Assembly: GCA_951406725.2 (NCBI GenBank)
Contig: OX597823.1
Location: 117,242,001 to 117,306,000, forward strand
DNA length: 64,000 nucleotides
DNA from: Octopus vulgaris
Taxonomy: Eukaryota
Direction of reading: 5' to 3'
Numbering within the stretch: the first letter of the stretch is position 1; each line of letters begins with the position of its first letter. The notes below the pieces were generated by a model. The model worked only from the letters and a program-made list of their open reading frames with translations. It had not been told where the DNA came from and searched no databases. Below, piece by piece: positions 13,490 to 26,672 of this stretch. The position numbers and the translations under genes were made by a program.

Positions 13490-13640
13490 GTCGGTGATAT
13501 TTTTCCATCTCCGGACTTTTCCGTTTTCTATTCTCATGAAGAGCTCTGCTCAAAATGTCAAAATCCTTTTCTTTTTCCACCTTTACTGAGTGTCAAACTA
13601 ATACATTCCATGTGCACGTCCTCTCATTGTTTTGTTGTTA
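13490..13640 (+). mobile_element. Degenerate Penelope-type pLTR segment
   Basis: CTCATGAAGAGC-TCT-GCTC-AAAATG resembles the hammerhead-like cores at 42051 and 61297; lies just upstream of the PLE RT. Confidence 0.45.
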
Positions 13641-13670
13641 TTTTTAATGTTTGATTATTCTATATGTGTA

Positions 13671-13705
<35 letters not shown>

Positions 13706-13716
<11 letters not shown>

Positions 13717-14775
13717 GACAGAAAAGGGGTCACCAACAAGGAATACAATTATATGACCAACTTCAAAAGTAAATCCAGTCAATTCAATGGTATTCCTAAG
13801 ATACACAAAAGTGAGAAAATAAGATAGCCACAGACAAAATAATGAAAGTCCCTACTCCTAATGACATCAAATTGAGACCTATAATAACAGGTCTCGCATG
13901 CAAAACCCACTGCTTCTGTAACTTTTTAGACACCCTCTTAAAACCATTCCTCAAGCATGTCAAAAGCTATATAAGGGACGACCCGGATATGCTCAATCAC
14001 CTACCTAATACTATAAACAAAAACACCCTACTAGTATCCTTCGATATAGTCAACCTCTCTTCTAATATCCCCCACAACCTAGGAATGGAAGCAATTCAAT
14101 TCCAGCAAGAGAATTACACCAATGAACTCCCACATCACATCAAAAAAGAATTCATAATAGAAGGGCTAAAATTCATTTTGCAACTACTTTGTCTTCAGAG
14201 ACAACTTCTGTCGACAAAAATCAGGGACTGCGATGGGTATGAGAATGGCCACCTCCTTTGTTAACCTGGTCATGAGATATCTAGAAATTAGTGTGTATCG
14301 TAAGGTACTAGAAAGATATGGCAGCCCTTTCTCCCTCTACATAGAAAACAACTGGAAGAAATACCTGAATGACTGTTTCATTCTTTGGCATGAAAGTATC
14401 GAGAGACTTAAAGAATTTCAAGCACTTATAAATGGACTTGATGTAAACATTCAATTCATGATGGAATATAGTCATCAACAACTTCCTTTCCTCAGCATCC
14501 TCCTCATTAAGAATTCTAACAACAAAATAGAAACAGATATATACTATAAGCCCACGGACTCCAAGCAATGTCTACCACACAACTCATGCCACCCCAGATA
14601 CACTAGAATGAATATCCCTTTCAAACTAGCAAAAAGGATTTGTACTATAGTTTCTAATACAAGCACCGGCGACACACAGCTACGTGAACTAAAGGATACC
14701 CTTATCACCAGGAACTCTCCACCATCATTAATTGATACATGCTTTCACCGTGCCCCACAACTCAACATCCACAAA
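13706..14775 (+). pseudogene. Penelope-like element reverse transcriptase, degenerate (frameshift/stops, 3'-truncated)
   Basis: PLE RT motifs in order: FNGIPKIHK, LRPII, SFDIVNLSSNIP, GTAMGMRMA, YLND (for YxDD), LPFL, TDIYYKPTD..SCHP; ORFs 13842-14264 and 14233-14805. Confidence 0.9.
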
Positions 14776-14796
14776 CTCAGACATCCATTGTCATTT

Positions 14797-17610
14797 CCTC
14801 CATGAGGCCCAACATCCTGAGACTGGTCTTTACCACTTCATCTCATATCTTCCTGGGTCTCTCTCTTCCATGAGGCCCAACATCCTGAGACTGGTCTTTA
14901 CCACTTCATCTCATATCTTCCTGGGTCTCTCTCTTCCATGAGGCCCAACATCCTGAGATTGGTTTTTACCACTTTTCTCATCTTCCTGGGTCTCTCTCTT
15001 CCATGAGGCCCAACATCCTGAGATTGGTCTTTACCACTTCATCTCATATCTTCCTGGGTCTCTCTCTTCCATGAGGCCCAACATCCTGAGATTGGTCTTT
15101 ACCACTTCATCTCATATCTTCCTGGGTCTCTCTCTTCCATGAGGCCCAACATCCTGAGACTGGTCTTTACCACTTCATCTCATATCTTCCTGGGTCTCTC
15201 TCTTCCATGAGGCCCAACATCCTGAGATTGGTCTTTACCACTTCATCTCATATCTTCCTGGGTCTCTCTCTTCCATGAGGCCCAACATCCTGAGATTGGT
15301 TTTTTCATCTCATATCTTCCTGGTCTTCTTCCACCACTTCATCTCATATCTTCCTGGGTCTCTCTCTTCCATGAGGCCCAACATCCTGAGATTGGTCTTT
15401 ACCACTTCATCTCATATCTTCCTGGGTCTCTCTTCCATGAGGCCCAACATCCTGAGATTGGTCTTTACCACTTCATCTCATATCTTCCTGGGTCTCTCTC
15501 TTCCATGAGGCCCAACATCCTGAGATTGGTCTTTACCACTTCATCTCATATCTTCCTGGGTCTCTCTCTTCCATGAGGCCCAACATCCTGAGATTGGTCT
15601 TTACCACTTCATCTCATATCTTCCTGGGTCTCTCTCTTCCATGAGGCCCAACATCCTGAGATTGGTCTTTACCACTTCATCTCATATCTTCCTGGTCTCT
15701 CTCTTCCATGAGGCCCAACATCCTGAGATTGGTCTTTACTTCATCTCATATCTTCCTGGGTCTCTCTCTTCCATGAGGCCCAACATCCTGAGATTGGTCT
15801 TTACCACTTCATCTCATATCTTCCTGGGTCTCTCTCTTCCATGAGGCCCAACATCCTGAGATTGGTCTTTACCACTTCATCTCATATCTTCCTGGGTCTC
15901 TCTCTTCCATGAGGCCCAACATCCTGAGACTGGTCTTTACCACTTCATCTCATATCTTCCTGGGTCTCTCTCTTCCATGAGGCCCAACATCCTGAGATTG
16001 GTCTTTACCACTTCATCTCATATCTTCCTGGGTCTCTCTCTTCCATGAGGCCCAACATCCTGAGATTGGTCTTTACCACTTCATCTCATATCTTCCTGGG
16101 TCTCTCTCTTCCATGAGGCCCAACATCCTGAGACTGGTCTTTACCACTTCATCTCATATCTTCCTGGGTCTCTCTCTTCCATGAGGCCCAACATCCTGAG
16201 ACTGGTCTTTACCACTTCATCTCATATCTTCCTGGGTCTCTCTCTTCCATGAGGCCCAACATTCCTTTACCACTTCATCTCATATCTTCCTGGGTCTCTC
16301 TCTTCCATGAGGCCCAACATCCTGAGACTGGTCTTTACCACTTCATCTCATATCTTCCTGGGTCTCTCTCTTCCATGAGGCCCAACATCCTGAGATTGGT
16401 CTTTACCACTTCATCTCATATCTTCCTGGGTCTCTCTCTTCCATGAGGCCCAACATCCTGAGATTGGTCTTTACCACTTCATCTCATATCTTCCTGGGTC
16501 TCTCTCTTCCATGAGGCCCAACATCCTGAGATTGGTCTTTACCACTTCATCTCATATCTTCCTGGGTCTCTCTCTTCCATGAGGCCCAACATCCTGAGAT
16601 TGGTCTTTACCACTTCATCTCATATCTTCCTGGGTCTCTCTCTTCCATGAGGCCCAACATCCTGAGATTGGTCTTTACCACTTCATCTCATATCTTCCTG
16701 GGTCTCTCTCTTCCATGAGGCCCAACATCCTGAGATTGGTCTTTACCACTTCATCTCATATCTTCCTGGGTCTCTCTCTTCCATGAGGCCCAACATCCTG
16801 AGATTGGTCTTTACCACTTCATCTCATATCTTCCTGGGTCTCTCTCTTCCATGAGGCCCAACATCCTGAGATTGGTCTTTACCACTTCATCTCATATCTT
16901 CCTGGGTCTCTCTCTTCCATGAGGCCCAACATCCTGAGATTGGTCTTTACCACTTCATCTCATATCTTCCTGGGTCTCTCTCTTCCATGAGGCCCAACAT
17001 CCTGAGATTGGTCTTTACCACTTCATCTCATATCTTCCTGGGTCTCTCTCTTCCATGAGGCCCAACATCCTGAGATTGGTCTTTACCACTTCATCTCATA
17101 TCTTCCTGGGTCTCTCTCTTCCATGAGGCCCAACATCCTGAGACTGGTCTTTACCACTTCATCTCATATCTTCCTGGGTCTCTCTCTTCCATGAGGCCCA
17201 ACATCCTGAGATTGGTCTACTCACTTCATCTCATCTTCCTGGGTCTCTCTCTTCCATGAGGCCCAACATCCTGAGATTGGTCTTTACCACTTCATCTCAT
17301 ATCTTCCTGGGTCTCTCTCTTCCATGAGGCCCAACATCCTGAGACTGGTCTTTACCACTTCATCTCATATCTTCCTGGGTCTCTCTCTTCCATGAGGCCC
17401 AACATCCTGAGATTGGTCTTTACCACTTCATCTCATATCTTCCTGGGTCTCTCTCTTCCATGAGGCCCAACATCCTGAGATTGGTCTTTACCACTTCATC
17501 TCATATCTTCCTGGGTCTCTCTCTTCCATGAGGCCCAACATCCTGAGACTGGTCTTTACCACTTCATCTCATATCTTCCTGGGTCTCTCTCTTCCATGAG
17601 GCCCAACATC
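14797..17610. repeat. 68-bp tandem array, ~41 near-identical units, open-ended at the assembly gap
   Basis: Unit CCATGAGGCCCAACATCCTGAGA(T/C)TGGTCTTTACCACTTCATCTCATATCTTCCTGGGTCTCTCTCTT; period 68 (15001 to 15069). Confidence 0.97.
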
Positions 17611-17710
17611 NNNNNNNNNNNNNNNNNNNNNNNNNNNNNNNNNNNNNNNNNNNNNNNNNNNNNNNNNNNNNNNNNNNNNNNNNNNNNNNNNNNNNNNNNN
17701 NNNNNNNNNN
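17611..17710. other. Assembly gap (100 N)
   Basis: Run of N. Confidence 1.
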
Positions 17711-17978
17711 TCCCTCTTCCATGGGCACCATCCACTTTCAGTGACTGGCACTTCTTTATGCAGCTGTCCTCGTTCATATGCATCACATGTCCAAACCAAC
17801 ATAGTCTTCTCTCTTGTATGCTACATTTGATTCCTCTCATGCCCAACTTTTCTCTCAATACATTTGCACTTTGCCACACATGTGTACTGATGTTGCACAT
17901 GCAACAGAGCATACTACCTTCATTTCTCTGCATTCTATGCATGTCTTCTGCATTCAGAGCTCATGTCTCATTACCATA
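17711..17978 (-). pseudogene. RTE-clade LINE ORF C-terminal fragment
   Basis: LREKLG..IQERRLCWFGHVMHM..VDGAHGRG, the RRLRWFGHV..GRGRP motif of RTE C-termini. Confidence 0.85.
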
Positions 17979-18961
17979 GAGTATATGTATGTATATATAT
18001 ATGTGTGTGTCTGTGTGTGTGTGTATGTGTGTATACATACATACAAATATGTTTGAGAAAAATTATTACAATATTTAGTTAAAGAATGTGATATTCAGAT
18101 CCTGTTTAAGATAGTAACATCCTGTCTTTTGAATAAATACTTATATATACATTAGTTAATATTAATTTAAGTAAAAATACTTACAACTATTATGTTTATT
18201 ATACCTAATTCATGTACTCATATAGATTTTGGGGTTCTTTTTCTGTTGTTGTCTATCTTGTTTATACATCTGCACACTTCACACAATCATATAAATGCAG
18301 TTTATATACGTGTATATATGTGAATGCATGGACATGTGTATTTATATAAATCAAAATATATGTATACACTGATAATGCTACATAAGCTGAAATTGTATAT
18401 CTCTATCTTTCAATCTATTTAACTACATGTGTGTGTGTGGGTGTAAACACATATATTTTAAATATACTATACGGGCAGGAACACACGCTCACACATTAAT
18501 ATGTTTTGTGCTGTGTCTGTATATTTAAGAATATGCGTATACTCCTACACATTTCTACACACATGTATATACACAGACATTGCTATACATGTATGTGTTG
18601 AGTGCACATGTATATGTGTCTACAATATGTACTTATAATGCCTCAACTACATTAGCTGCCATTGTTTATCTGAGAATGGCCATTTCACTAAAACACTCCA
18701 CAAATGCATTAACTTTTTATTGGTAAGCCATAAATAAAAGCTATATAACACACAAACATTGTCTTTCTTTACCATTTCTATTTTTTTAGGGGTACTTTTT
18801 TTGTTTCTATTTATTTTTTCATATCACCAATATTATCTTCATAGTCTACAACAATTATATGCCCTTACAATGAGAAATCATAACAATTCTTTCATAAAAC
18901 GAGATTTTTATGTGTATCTATTGTTGTTATTCAGATTTTATTGACATCATCATCATCGCTG

Positions 18962-19004
<43 letters not shown>

Positions 19005-19577
19005 CAAAACTGATGTTCTAATTGTTATGAAAGTGGAGTATTATTAACAGTAGATGTGATACAATGCCTTGTACCAACTTTTTAACATTCCAACTTCATA
19101 TTACTTTCCCTGTAATGAGATTAATAAAATAAGTACCAGCAATATTCTGGCGGTCAGTTGAATCAAACCCTCTCCTATTTTTCCCTATAAATACACAAAC
19201 ATGGATCGCCACTGCTGCTATCGTCATCCATAGCAGTGGTAGAACACTGAACAAAATTTATTGTGACTTGTGTTCGAATCCTACAAGTTCTGAGTTCAAA
19301 TCTTTGCCTTTCATCATCTTGGGGTTGATGAAATAAAAGTACCATTTACTATATCCCTATCTCCAAATTTCTAGCCATGTGCCTAAATGAGAAACAACTA
19401 TCATTGCCATCATCATCATCATCATCACCACCACCACCATCATCATCATCACCATCATCATCATCACCACCACCACTACCATCATCATCATCATATTTGT
19501 GCTGTTGCTGTGCATGTATTTCTGTTATTGCGTTAACGTAACAGATTTATTGAATATATTTCCATGTATTCCTTTAT

Positions 19578-19957
19578 TCTCTTATTCGTTTCAGTCATTT
19601 GACTGCGGCCATGCTGGAGCACCGCCTTCAGTAGAACAAATCAACCCCAGGACTTATTCTTTATAAGCCTAGTACTTATTCTATCGGTGTCTTTTGCTGA
19701 ACCGCCAAGTTACAGGGATGTAAACACACCAACACTGGTTGTCAAGCGATGGTGGGGGAAAAACACAGACACATAAGCATATACACATATATGTATATAC
19801 GATGGGCTTCTTTCAATTTCCATTTACCAAATCCACTCTCAAGGTTTTGGTTGGCCCATGGCTATAGTAGAAGACGCTTTCCCAAGGTGCCATGCAGTGG
19901 GACTGAACCCAGAACCATGTGGTTGGTAAGCAAGCCACTTACCACACAGCCGCACCT
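19578..19957 (-). mobile_element. SINE family A
   Basis: Reverse-complement match to family A. Confidence 0.88.
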
Positions 19958-20555
19958 ATATACGCATATATAGATATAGGAGTATTCAGAAAAAAAGGAG
20001 AACTCAGTCCTATAGAAGAGACATCAACTGCAATTTCTATTTTGGTTGAGTCAGTCTCTAACGACTTCGAATTTTATCTTTAGGTGCACAAATCTTCAGA
20101 TAAGTTACAACTTAGAGTAACAATGGAAAGTATATACATATAAATCATTGTGGATTCACAGGAGTCAATACATTATGAAGGACTCTTTCATACATTATAA
20201 CAGAAAGGTTCTGATTTCCAGCACTCAGAGTTGCTCATCTCCGATCATCAACTGAGCCTGGCTTTCTTCTCAATCTCCACTGTCTGAATGTTATTTGAAA
20301 GTTTGGAGAAAATGCTTGTCCTTATGTTTTTTATTTAAAAACCTTTGTGCACAACACATGCAAAAATGATCACTTCAAGTTCACACATTTGATTCCATTT
20401 CTAGTTCTCATGGTAATATTATTATAAATGTCTAAACTCCATACACGTGAAGTGATGAAATTGCATTGCTGTTTAAGCAATGTTCCAAAACAATACTTTT
20501 AACATTAACCACTCTTAAACACTACGCGCTCTTAAAAACTATGCCATATGCCAAC

Positions 20556-20833
20556 AGGCATATGGCGTAGTGGTTAAGAGTGCAGGCTATTAACCCCAAG
20601 ATTCTGAGTTTGATTCCAAGCAGTGACCTGAATAATAATAATAATAATATTAATAACAACATCAAAAAATACCTTTGGATTGAGAACCCAGGTTTGAAAT
20701 TTCCCCAAGACACCTGAAGAAGGCTGGAGGATATATCAGCCAAACCGTTGTATTAACAACAAACAAGATGAGGATAAATATCCGTCGATTGTAAATAATG
20801 TACATAATTCCTCATCTCTTAAATATAGAACTG
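20556..20833 (+). mobile_element. tRNA-headed SINE with hammerhead-like 3' module
   Basis: TGGCGTAGTGG A box, GAGTTTGATTCC B box, (AAT)n, then ACAC-CTGAAGA-AGGCTG...CAGCC-AAACCGTT-GTAT. Confidence 0.7.
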
Positions 20834-20981
20834 TAATACTTTTAAGTTATAATTTTAATTAATGTCTATAATAATTATGGATGTGTATGTGGGTATTCAT
20901 TTTGCATGTGCCTATGCAAACACTTACATGTACACATATGCACACACATGTATACATATATAAAAAATTATATATGCACAT

Positions 20982-21211
20982 GTGGCACGTAAAACGCACC
21001 AACAGATTGTGGGCATTGCCAGCCTCACCTGGCACGTAAAAAGCACCCACTACACTCATGGAGTGGTTGGCATTAGGAAGGGCATCCAGCTATAGAAACA
21101 CTGCCAGATCAGACTGAAGCCTGGTGCAGCCTCCTGGCTTTCCAGACACTGGTCGAACCGTCCAACCCTTGCCAACATGGAAAATTGACGTTAAATGATG
21201 ATGATGATGAT
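20982..21211 (+). mobile_element. SINE-like family C
   Basis: Family C body and (GAT)n tail. Confidence 0.85.
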
Positions 21212-21289
21212 ATATATGCATATGCTCACATAGACATGCACCCAGACATATTAAAACATATATCAATAAAAACTATTTACTGAATATGT

Positions 21290-21975
21290 CAAAACCAATG
21301 TTTTTTCTGAACCAGAACGAAATTGAAGGAAGCTTGTATTTGCATAAATGATGCATACATCCAATGCATTAACAACTCAGTTCTATTGTTCAAACTATTA
21401 TTGTCTTGAGTCAAAATTCTCAATTTTTCACCCAAACAAAGGTCACACCACATCTTTGATTTGAAGCTCCCATTCCTGTATGATTGTGCACTATCTACAA
21501 TAGACCAAGGGATTTTGAATTCATGAGGACTTGTCCCTTGCAAGAACCATATAAACTTTGGCAAAGCCATAACACGTTATCTATTATCTGACAAATGAAT
21601 GTTTGTGCTTGTAATAATGGTTCTCAAATGTATGTTCTGTTACTCCAGTATATGTTCTGGGCTCATTACTACTGCTTCATTCAACCTTGGCACTGTGTAG
21701 TATCGACTTTGTCTGACAGTTGATATGTGTGGACAGTTTTCACGAATTTTACAGTTGCATGATCTTTGTTAGCTAACTGTTTGCATCTCTCTTCTATTCA
21801 GTTTTGCAGCATTATAACCTCTGATACAAACCCCAAAAGGTTTTTAAATAAACAGAAGAACCTAAAGATGTTTTTAAACTTTCATTTCATATTTCAAAAT
21901 ATCAAGCAGTGCCTATTTCAAGTTCGGCTTACCAGCTGATGATCAGAAATGAGTAACTCTGAGCCTTTCAGTTAT
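21290..21975 (-). pseudogene. Penelope-like GIY-YIG endonuclease C-terminal remnant
   Basis: IPWSIVDSAQSY..CDLCLGEKLRIL..LNNRTEL, typical PLE C-terminus; upstream SCNC..TYTGV; several frameshifts. Confidence 0.75.
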
Positions 21976-21976
21976 A

Positions 21977-22021
<45 letters not shown>

Positions 22022-22044
22022 CGTGCGTGCATGCATGTATGTAT

Positions 22045-22580
22045 CTTGTGTCAGGTCACTTTTGAGTGCTACTGGTAACATGTAACCCAGTACAACCTGA
22101 TGCATGGTCAGGTCGTCGGCAACTAAACCGGCAACCCCACTAAGCTTGCTTGGTGAGGAGGGTGTTTATTGGTCACCCTGCGGGATGAAAAACAAGACCT
22201 GTGAAAGGGCAGAGGAACTCTTGAGAGTCAACGGCCATCCAATAAATGTCTTAAGGCTGTATCATGCGCGGGGACATAGAAATAATCGGACTGAATACCC
22301 AATCGCGCAGTTAAACCATTGGGAGTGAAAGACTCCCAGCCTTTGTTAGAGCATCCTTCTAGGAGAAGGTAACTCAGGTATCTGGGATAACTCCGACATA
22401 AATCCTGCGGCTCAGTGGTTACCGATGATGTTGACTTGTTCTTCTTTTCGGATTATGGCTGCTGTTGCTTAGTGAGTGGGATTGACTCAGTGCACAGCCT
22501 TTCCTCACTTAAAAAAAATCTTCTTGCACAGGCATTGCACAATAACAACATTGATTAAGCTTTATGTAATGGCCATACTC
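22045..22580. mobile_element. GC-richer interspersed repeat, family undetermined
   Basis: Abrupt CpG-rich 0.5-kb block between microsatellites; no recognisable ORF. Confidence 0.3.
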
Positions 22581-23224
22581 GATAATGAGGGGGCAGCCAC
22601 CATATATGTATGTATGTATGTATATTTTTACACACACACACAGATGTCTTGTATACATGTTTTGCTATGATTATGTGAATATGTATTTATGCAATGCTTG
22701 TGCATATGTTTATATATTTATAGTAGACTTCAATATTATTTAAGTTCATTAATTTTTACATTAGGGCAATGGTTGAAAATTGTATATAAGAAGAGTCAAC
22801 CTTGAATATTCCTTTCTCAAATGTTACAGATTCCAACTATTTGGCCATTTACATACAAATGTCATAGTTAGTAACATCTCTTGGACCAGGTTGTTGGCAA
22901 TATCAAACATCTTGACGATTGCCATGGTCCAGAAATGTGACACTGTATCATGTTACTCTCACACATACATTCATGCAAGCATTTATATTTCTTGAAGTCA
23001 ACTGAGATTGTTTACATTTTTGTTATCTGTTGCTCTTTGTGACAACAGGTATGTCATCAATTTTCCAGAGTACTAGTTTACTGGCTTGGTGACTGCATTC
23101 AGTACCTGTATAATAGAAAGTCAATGATGTACGTGTATTTTGTAGCTTATTTCTGTTAAACTCATACAAGTACATATGAGATCTTATGTTCTAATTGTAA
23201 TAATTTAATAATTTACATAGAATA

Positions 23225-23704
23225 CCGTTAATCCTTGAGTATAATCCGCATTTTTTTCCCAAAATTTAAAAGTCAAAATCCCTAGTTAGTACTATATACG
23301 AGGTTAAAAATGATAATTATTTCCTAAGCAATGTCCGAGTCTCTATTTGCTGTCCAGCAATGTTTATTCAGATGCATTTTGTGATGTCAGGTGCAAAAAT
23401 ACCTTAAATCATCCATAACTCGCAGTTAGCAACATTTATTAAACGTTATTACTGTTATTTCTTTATTTTCTGCAAACAAAATGCACAAAAAAGCTACATG
23501 TTTGCATTATGTTATATATACAATAATAATAAAGGATGTTACTGTATACATTTTTACAAACCAAGGATGTTATATAGACCTCCTTGACTCAAGTTAGAGA
23601 AGGGGTGCGTATTATACACAAGGTTTAGGTTTTTCAGAGTTACAGCCCCCTAAAAATCCCCTGTGTATTATACTCAAGGGCAGACTATACTCGGGGATTT
23701 ATGG
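23225..23704. mobile_element. Tc1/mariner-pogo-type MITE with TA TSD
   Basis: TA|CCGTTAATCCTTGAGTATAATCCGC ... GCAGACTATACTCGGGGATTTATGG|TA imperfect 25-bp TIRs. Confidence 0.8.
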
Positions 23705-24024
23705 TATTCAAACATGAATCAATAGAAAGAAAAAGGGCCAGTAATATACTACATCTATATTGAATTATGTTCCACCCCTATAAATTAGTGAGCTCTTCCT
23801 AATGCAAGAAACCAATATCATTAATATTTCAGCAGTTGTATTGTTGGAAGAGTTCCACTGCGAATTGAAGGTAGATCTGTATTCTTGAGTTATCTAGCAT
23901 TGTATTTTGTAATGCATTGCAAGTACTCAATGTAATATGTATGTAGTGCCCAGGAGAGTTTGTGTGTGTCTGTGAGGGTGTGCGCAAGTATGTGTGTTTG
24001 GGTCTTGGCAGTATAAATATATAT

Positions 24025-24275
24025 ATTTGGCTGCATCTGTTTTTACCTTTCTCAAAGCACTCATTGTTATTGATAACTCTAGTTCCATATCTTTATATTT
24101 GGATAGTTTCTCAATTTCTTGCAAAGACATATTGTTGTCATCCATTTGAATAAATGTATTGAATACTAGATGCCTTTTCTTATCCTGGTGGTCTTTGTCA
24201 ATAATATCTGGACAATTTGCCTGTCTGAGTAAACAGGCATATACCCAAGTATAGCTACTTTGTCATTCGCAGAAA
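24025..24275 (-). pseudogene. REL-endonuclease non-LTR retrotransposon (R2/R4/NeSL-like) C-terminal fragment
   Basis: ANCPDII...DDNNMSLQEIEKLSKYKDMELEL resembles PD..D..EK..KY of restriction-like endonucleases. Confidence 0.65.
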
Positions 24276-24410
24276 CCATTGGTTGTGTGTGTTTTTATAC
24301 CATTTCCTTTCTGTGGTTATTTCCCAATGTTGATATAGCTTCTAATGCTTGAAAACTTCAAATATGCCATAGCTATACACACATATATATACATGTATGT
24401 ATGTATGTAA

Positions 24411-24717
24411 GTGAAGGTGTGTGGCTTAGTGGTTAGGGCATTCGACTCACGATTGTAAGGTCGTGAGTTCAATTCCCGGCGACGCGTTGTGTCCTTGAGC
24501 AAGACACTTTATTTCACGTTGCTTCAGTCCACTCAGCTGGTAAACATTAGTAGTACCTGTATTTCAAAGGGCTGGCCATGTCACACTTTGTGTCATGCTG
24601 AATCTCCCTGAGAATTATGTTAGGGTACATGTGTCTGTGGATTGCTCAGTCACTTGCACATTGTTCCATTGATGGTATCAGCTGGGACCCTCGTCGTCAT
24701 AACCAAACGAGTGCTCC
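24411..24717 (+). mobile_element. tRNA-derived SINE family D
   Basis: TGGCTTAGTGG A box, GAGTTCAATTCC B box, then TTGTGTCCTTGAGCAAGACACTT core. Confidence 0.85.
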
Positions 24718-24790
24718 TATGTATGTATGTATGCATGTTTGTTTGTTTGTTTGTTTGTTGTTCTTTTTGTTATTGTTGTTGTTGTGATTG

Positions 24791-24990
24791 GAGCTGGCAG
24801 AATTGTTAGAGCATTGAAAAAAATGCTTTGCAGTATTTTTTCCAGTTCTCTATATTCAAAGTTCAAATCCTACCAAGACTGACTTTGCCTGTCACCCCTC
24901 GGGGTTCAGTAAAATAAAACACCTGCTTGGTACTGGGGTGTGTGGTACTCACCCTCAAAATTGCTGGCTTTATGCCCAAATTGAAAACCA
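24791..24990 (+). mobile_element. SINE family B, degenerate
   Basis: GAGCTGGCAGAATTGTTAG...GTTCAAATCC. Confidence 0.65.
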
Positions 24991-25944
24991 TTATAATTAC
25001 GATTGCCATTAGGTATGACAAGATGATACTACTTTCATTACACTTGTTCCATTTCTGGTGATGGTCACTATGTATGCATGCATGCCTTTTTCACTAGAAC
25101 TGGGCAGCAAAATACAATTATATTGATCATTTCCTTCCAAATTCCCATCTTTTACAGTTGTGTTCTGTATTGCCATTAACTTGATGTTTTTTGCAGTTTC
25201 TTTTTTCCTAGTTTCTGCCATGATTCATTCCTGAGCCACAGTCACAACCATTTGCTCACAGCTTTAATTCTAAGTCTCTCAGTCAGTGTTCAGTTTTGTT
25301 CTCTTATTCCACTTCTGCCTTACTTGTTTTATGGAGTATCAAAGCATGGAAAGGATTTCTGGAGTAATAACCTTTAGCACACAGCATTTTCTCTAGGATT
25401 GTTGCCCCTGCCCTGTTATTACAGGGGAGAAAACTCATATGATGGCATGATGCACTTAAAGTGTGCTAAAGGTTAATGATGAAGTATCATCATAATTATT
25501 GTCATTCAATGCCCATTTTCGATACTGGCATCAATCAGATGGCAAGCAACTGCGCTGTGTTGTACTCCTGTATTAGTTTTGATATCCTTTCTACAACTGG
25601 ATGCCATTCCTAATGCCAACCACTTTACAGTGTACACTGGATGCTTTTTCATGCAACCAGCACTCGCGAGGTCATAATTTAACTTTCAAGAAAGCACAAG
25701 GGAAAGGAAAAGTTCCCCTCAACTAATGGTGGGTAGGGTTATCAAGAGGCAGGGAGATGGTTCTATACCAGGTGTTGAGAGGCTAAAAAGTATAACAGAG
25801 GAACAAGCCCAAGTGTCTTGCAGTAGAGGAGATGCATAACTACCCTATATTATTATTGGGATGGGGTGAGATGGAAGTGGTTGAAAAGAAACTAGAGATA
25901 GTGGTGGTTACATGCCAGAGCATCTTGTAGTTGCGGAATATTAC

Positions 25945-26045
25945 ATCATGAAGAATATTTGTGGCATATTAATCATCAAGTATATTTGTGGAATATTAAA
26001 CTATGGAGAGTATTTGTAGAGCATTATTAATCATGAAGAAGATTT
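25945..26045. repeat. ~27-bp diverged minisatellite, ~3.5 units
   Basis: ATCATGAAGAATATTTGTGGCATATTA-like unit repeated. Confidence 0.6.
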
Positions 26046-26318
26046 TGTCAACAGCTCAGCATGACAATTTTTATTTCCATTTGTAATTTACTTTTAAGTT
26101 TTTTTTAAGACTATGATTCTTTCAGTTTAATATCATCATCATCGTCATCATCGTTATGTGTAGACATGTTTAAGTGTTACCATTTCTGTTCTTGCCATAT
26201 TCTAAAACATCTTGTCTAAACTTTTTTATGCAATATTTAATGGCAAAGAGAAAAACAGGATGGAAAAAAGAAATTCCATAAGCTCACATTTGTGTTCTTG
26301 TGTATACACATGCACACA

Positions 26319-26361
<43 letters not shown>

Positions 26362-26630
26362 CAAACATGTGTACATGTACATTGCTGATTGTGTGTGTGT
26401 ATATGTGTGGGTGTGTGTGTATCTGTAGTAAAATAACATAATTGAAAAGTTCTTTTCTCTTTATAAGCTATTCAAAACCACTCTAATTCTAAAAGGTGGT
26501 AAGATTTCACAATTGACACGCACTGCGAGCATCTTATGTATATACCTTTTAAGAGATTTCTTATAGTGACCGGCACCAGAAATGCAACAAATGCAATGAC
26601 AGTGGTTTCACCTTGCCGTACCTAATGGCA

Positions 26631-26672
<42 letters not shown>

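Noticed and set aside
14797-17610. CRISPR-like array or repetitive protein (MRPNILRLV... ORFs)
   Set aside because: Units are contiguous with no unique spacers, there are no cas genes, the context is eukaryotic, and the 68-bp period breaks frame
24415-24490. Functional tRNA genes (also 20558 and 62675)
   Set aside because: Acceptor stems are imperfect and each continues into a SINE body, so they are SINE heads
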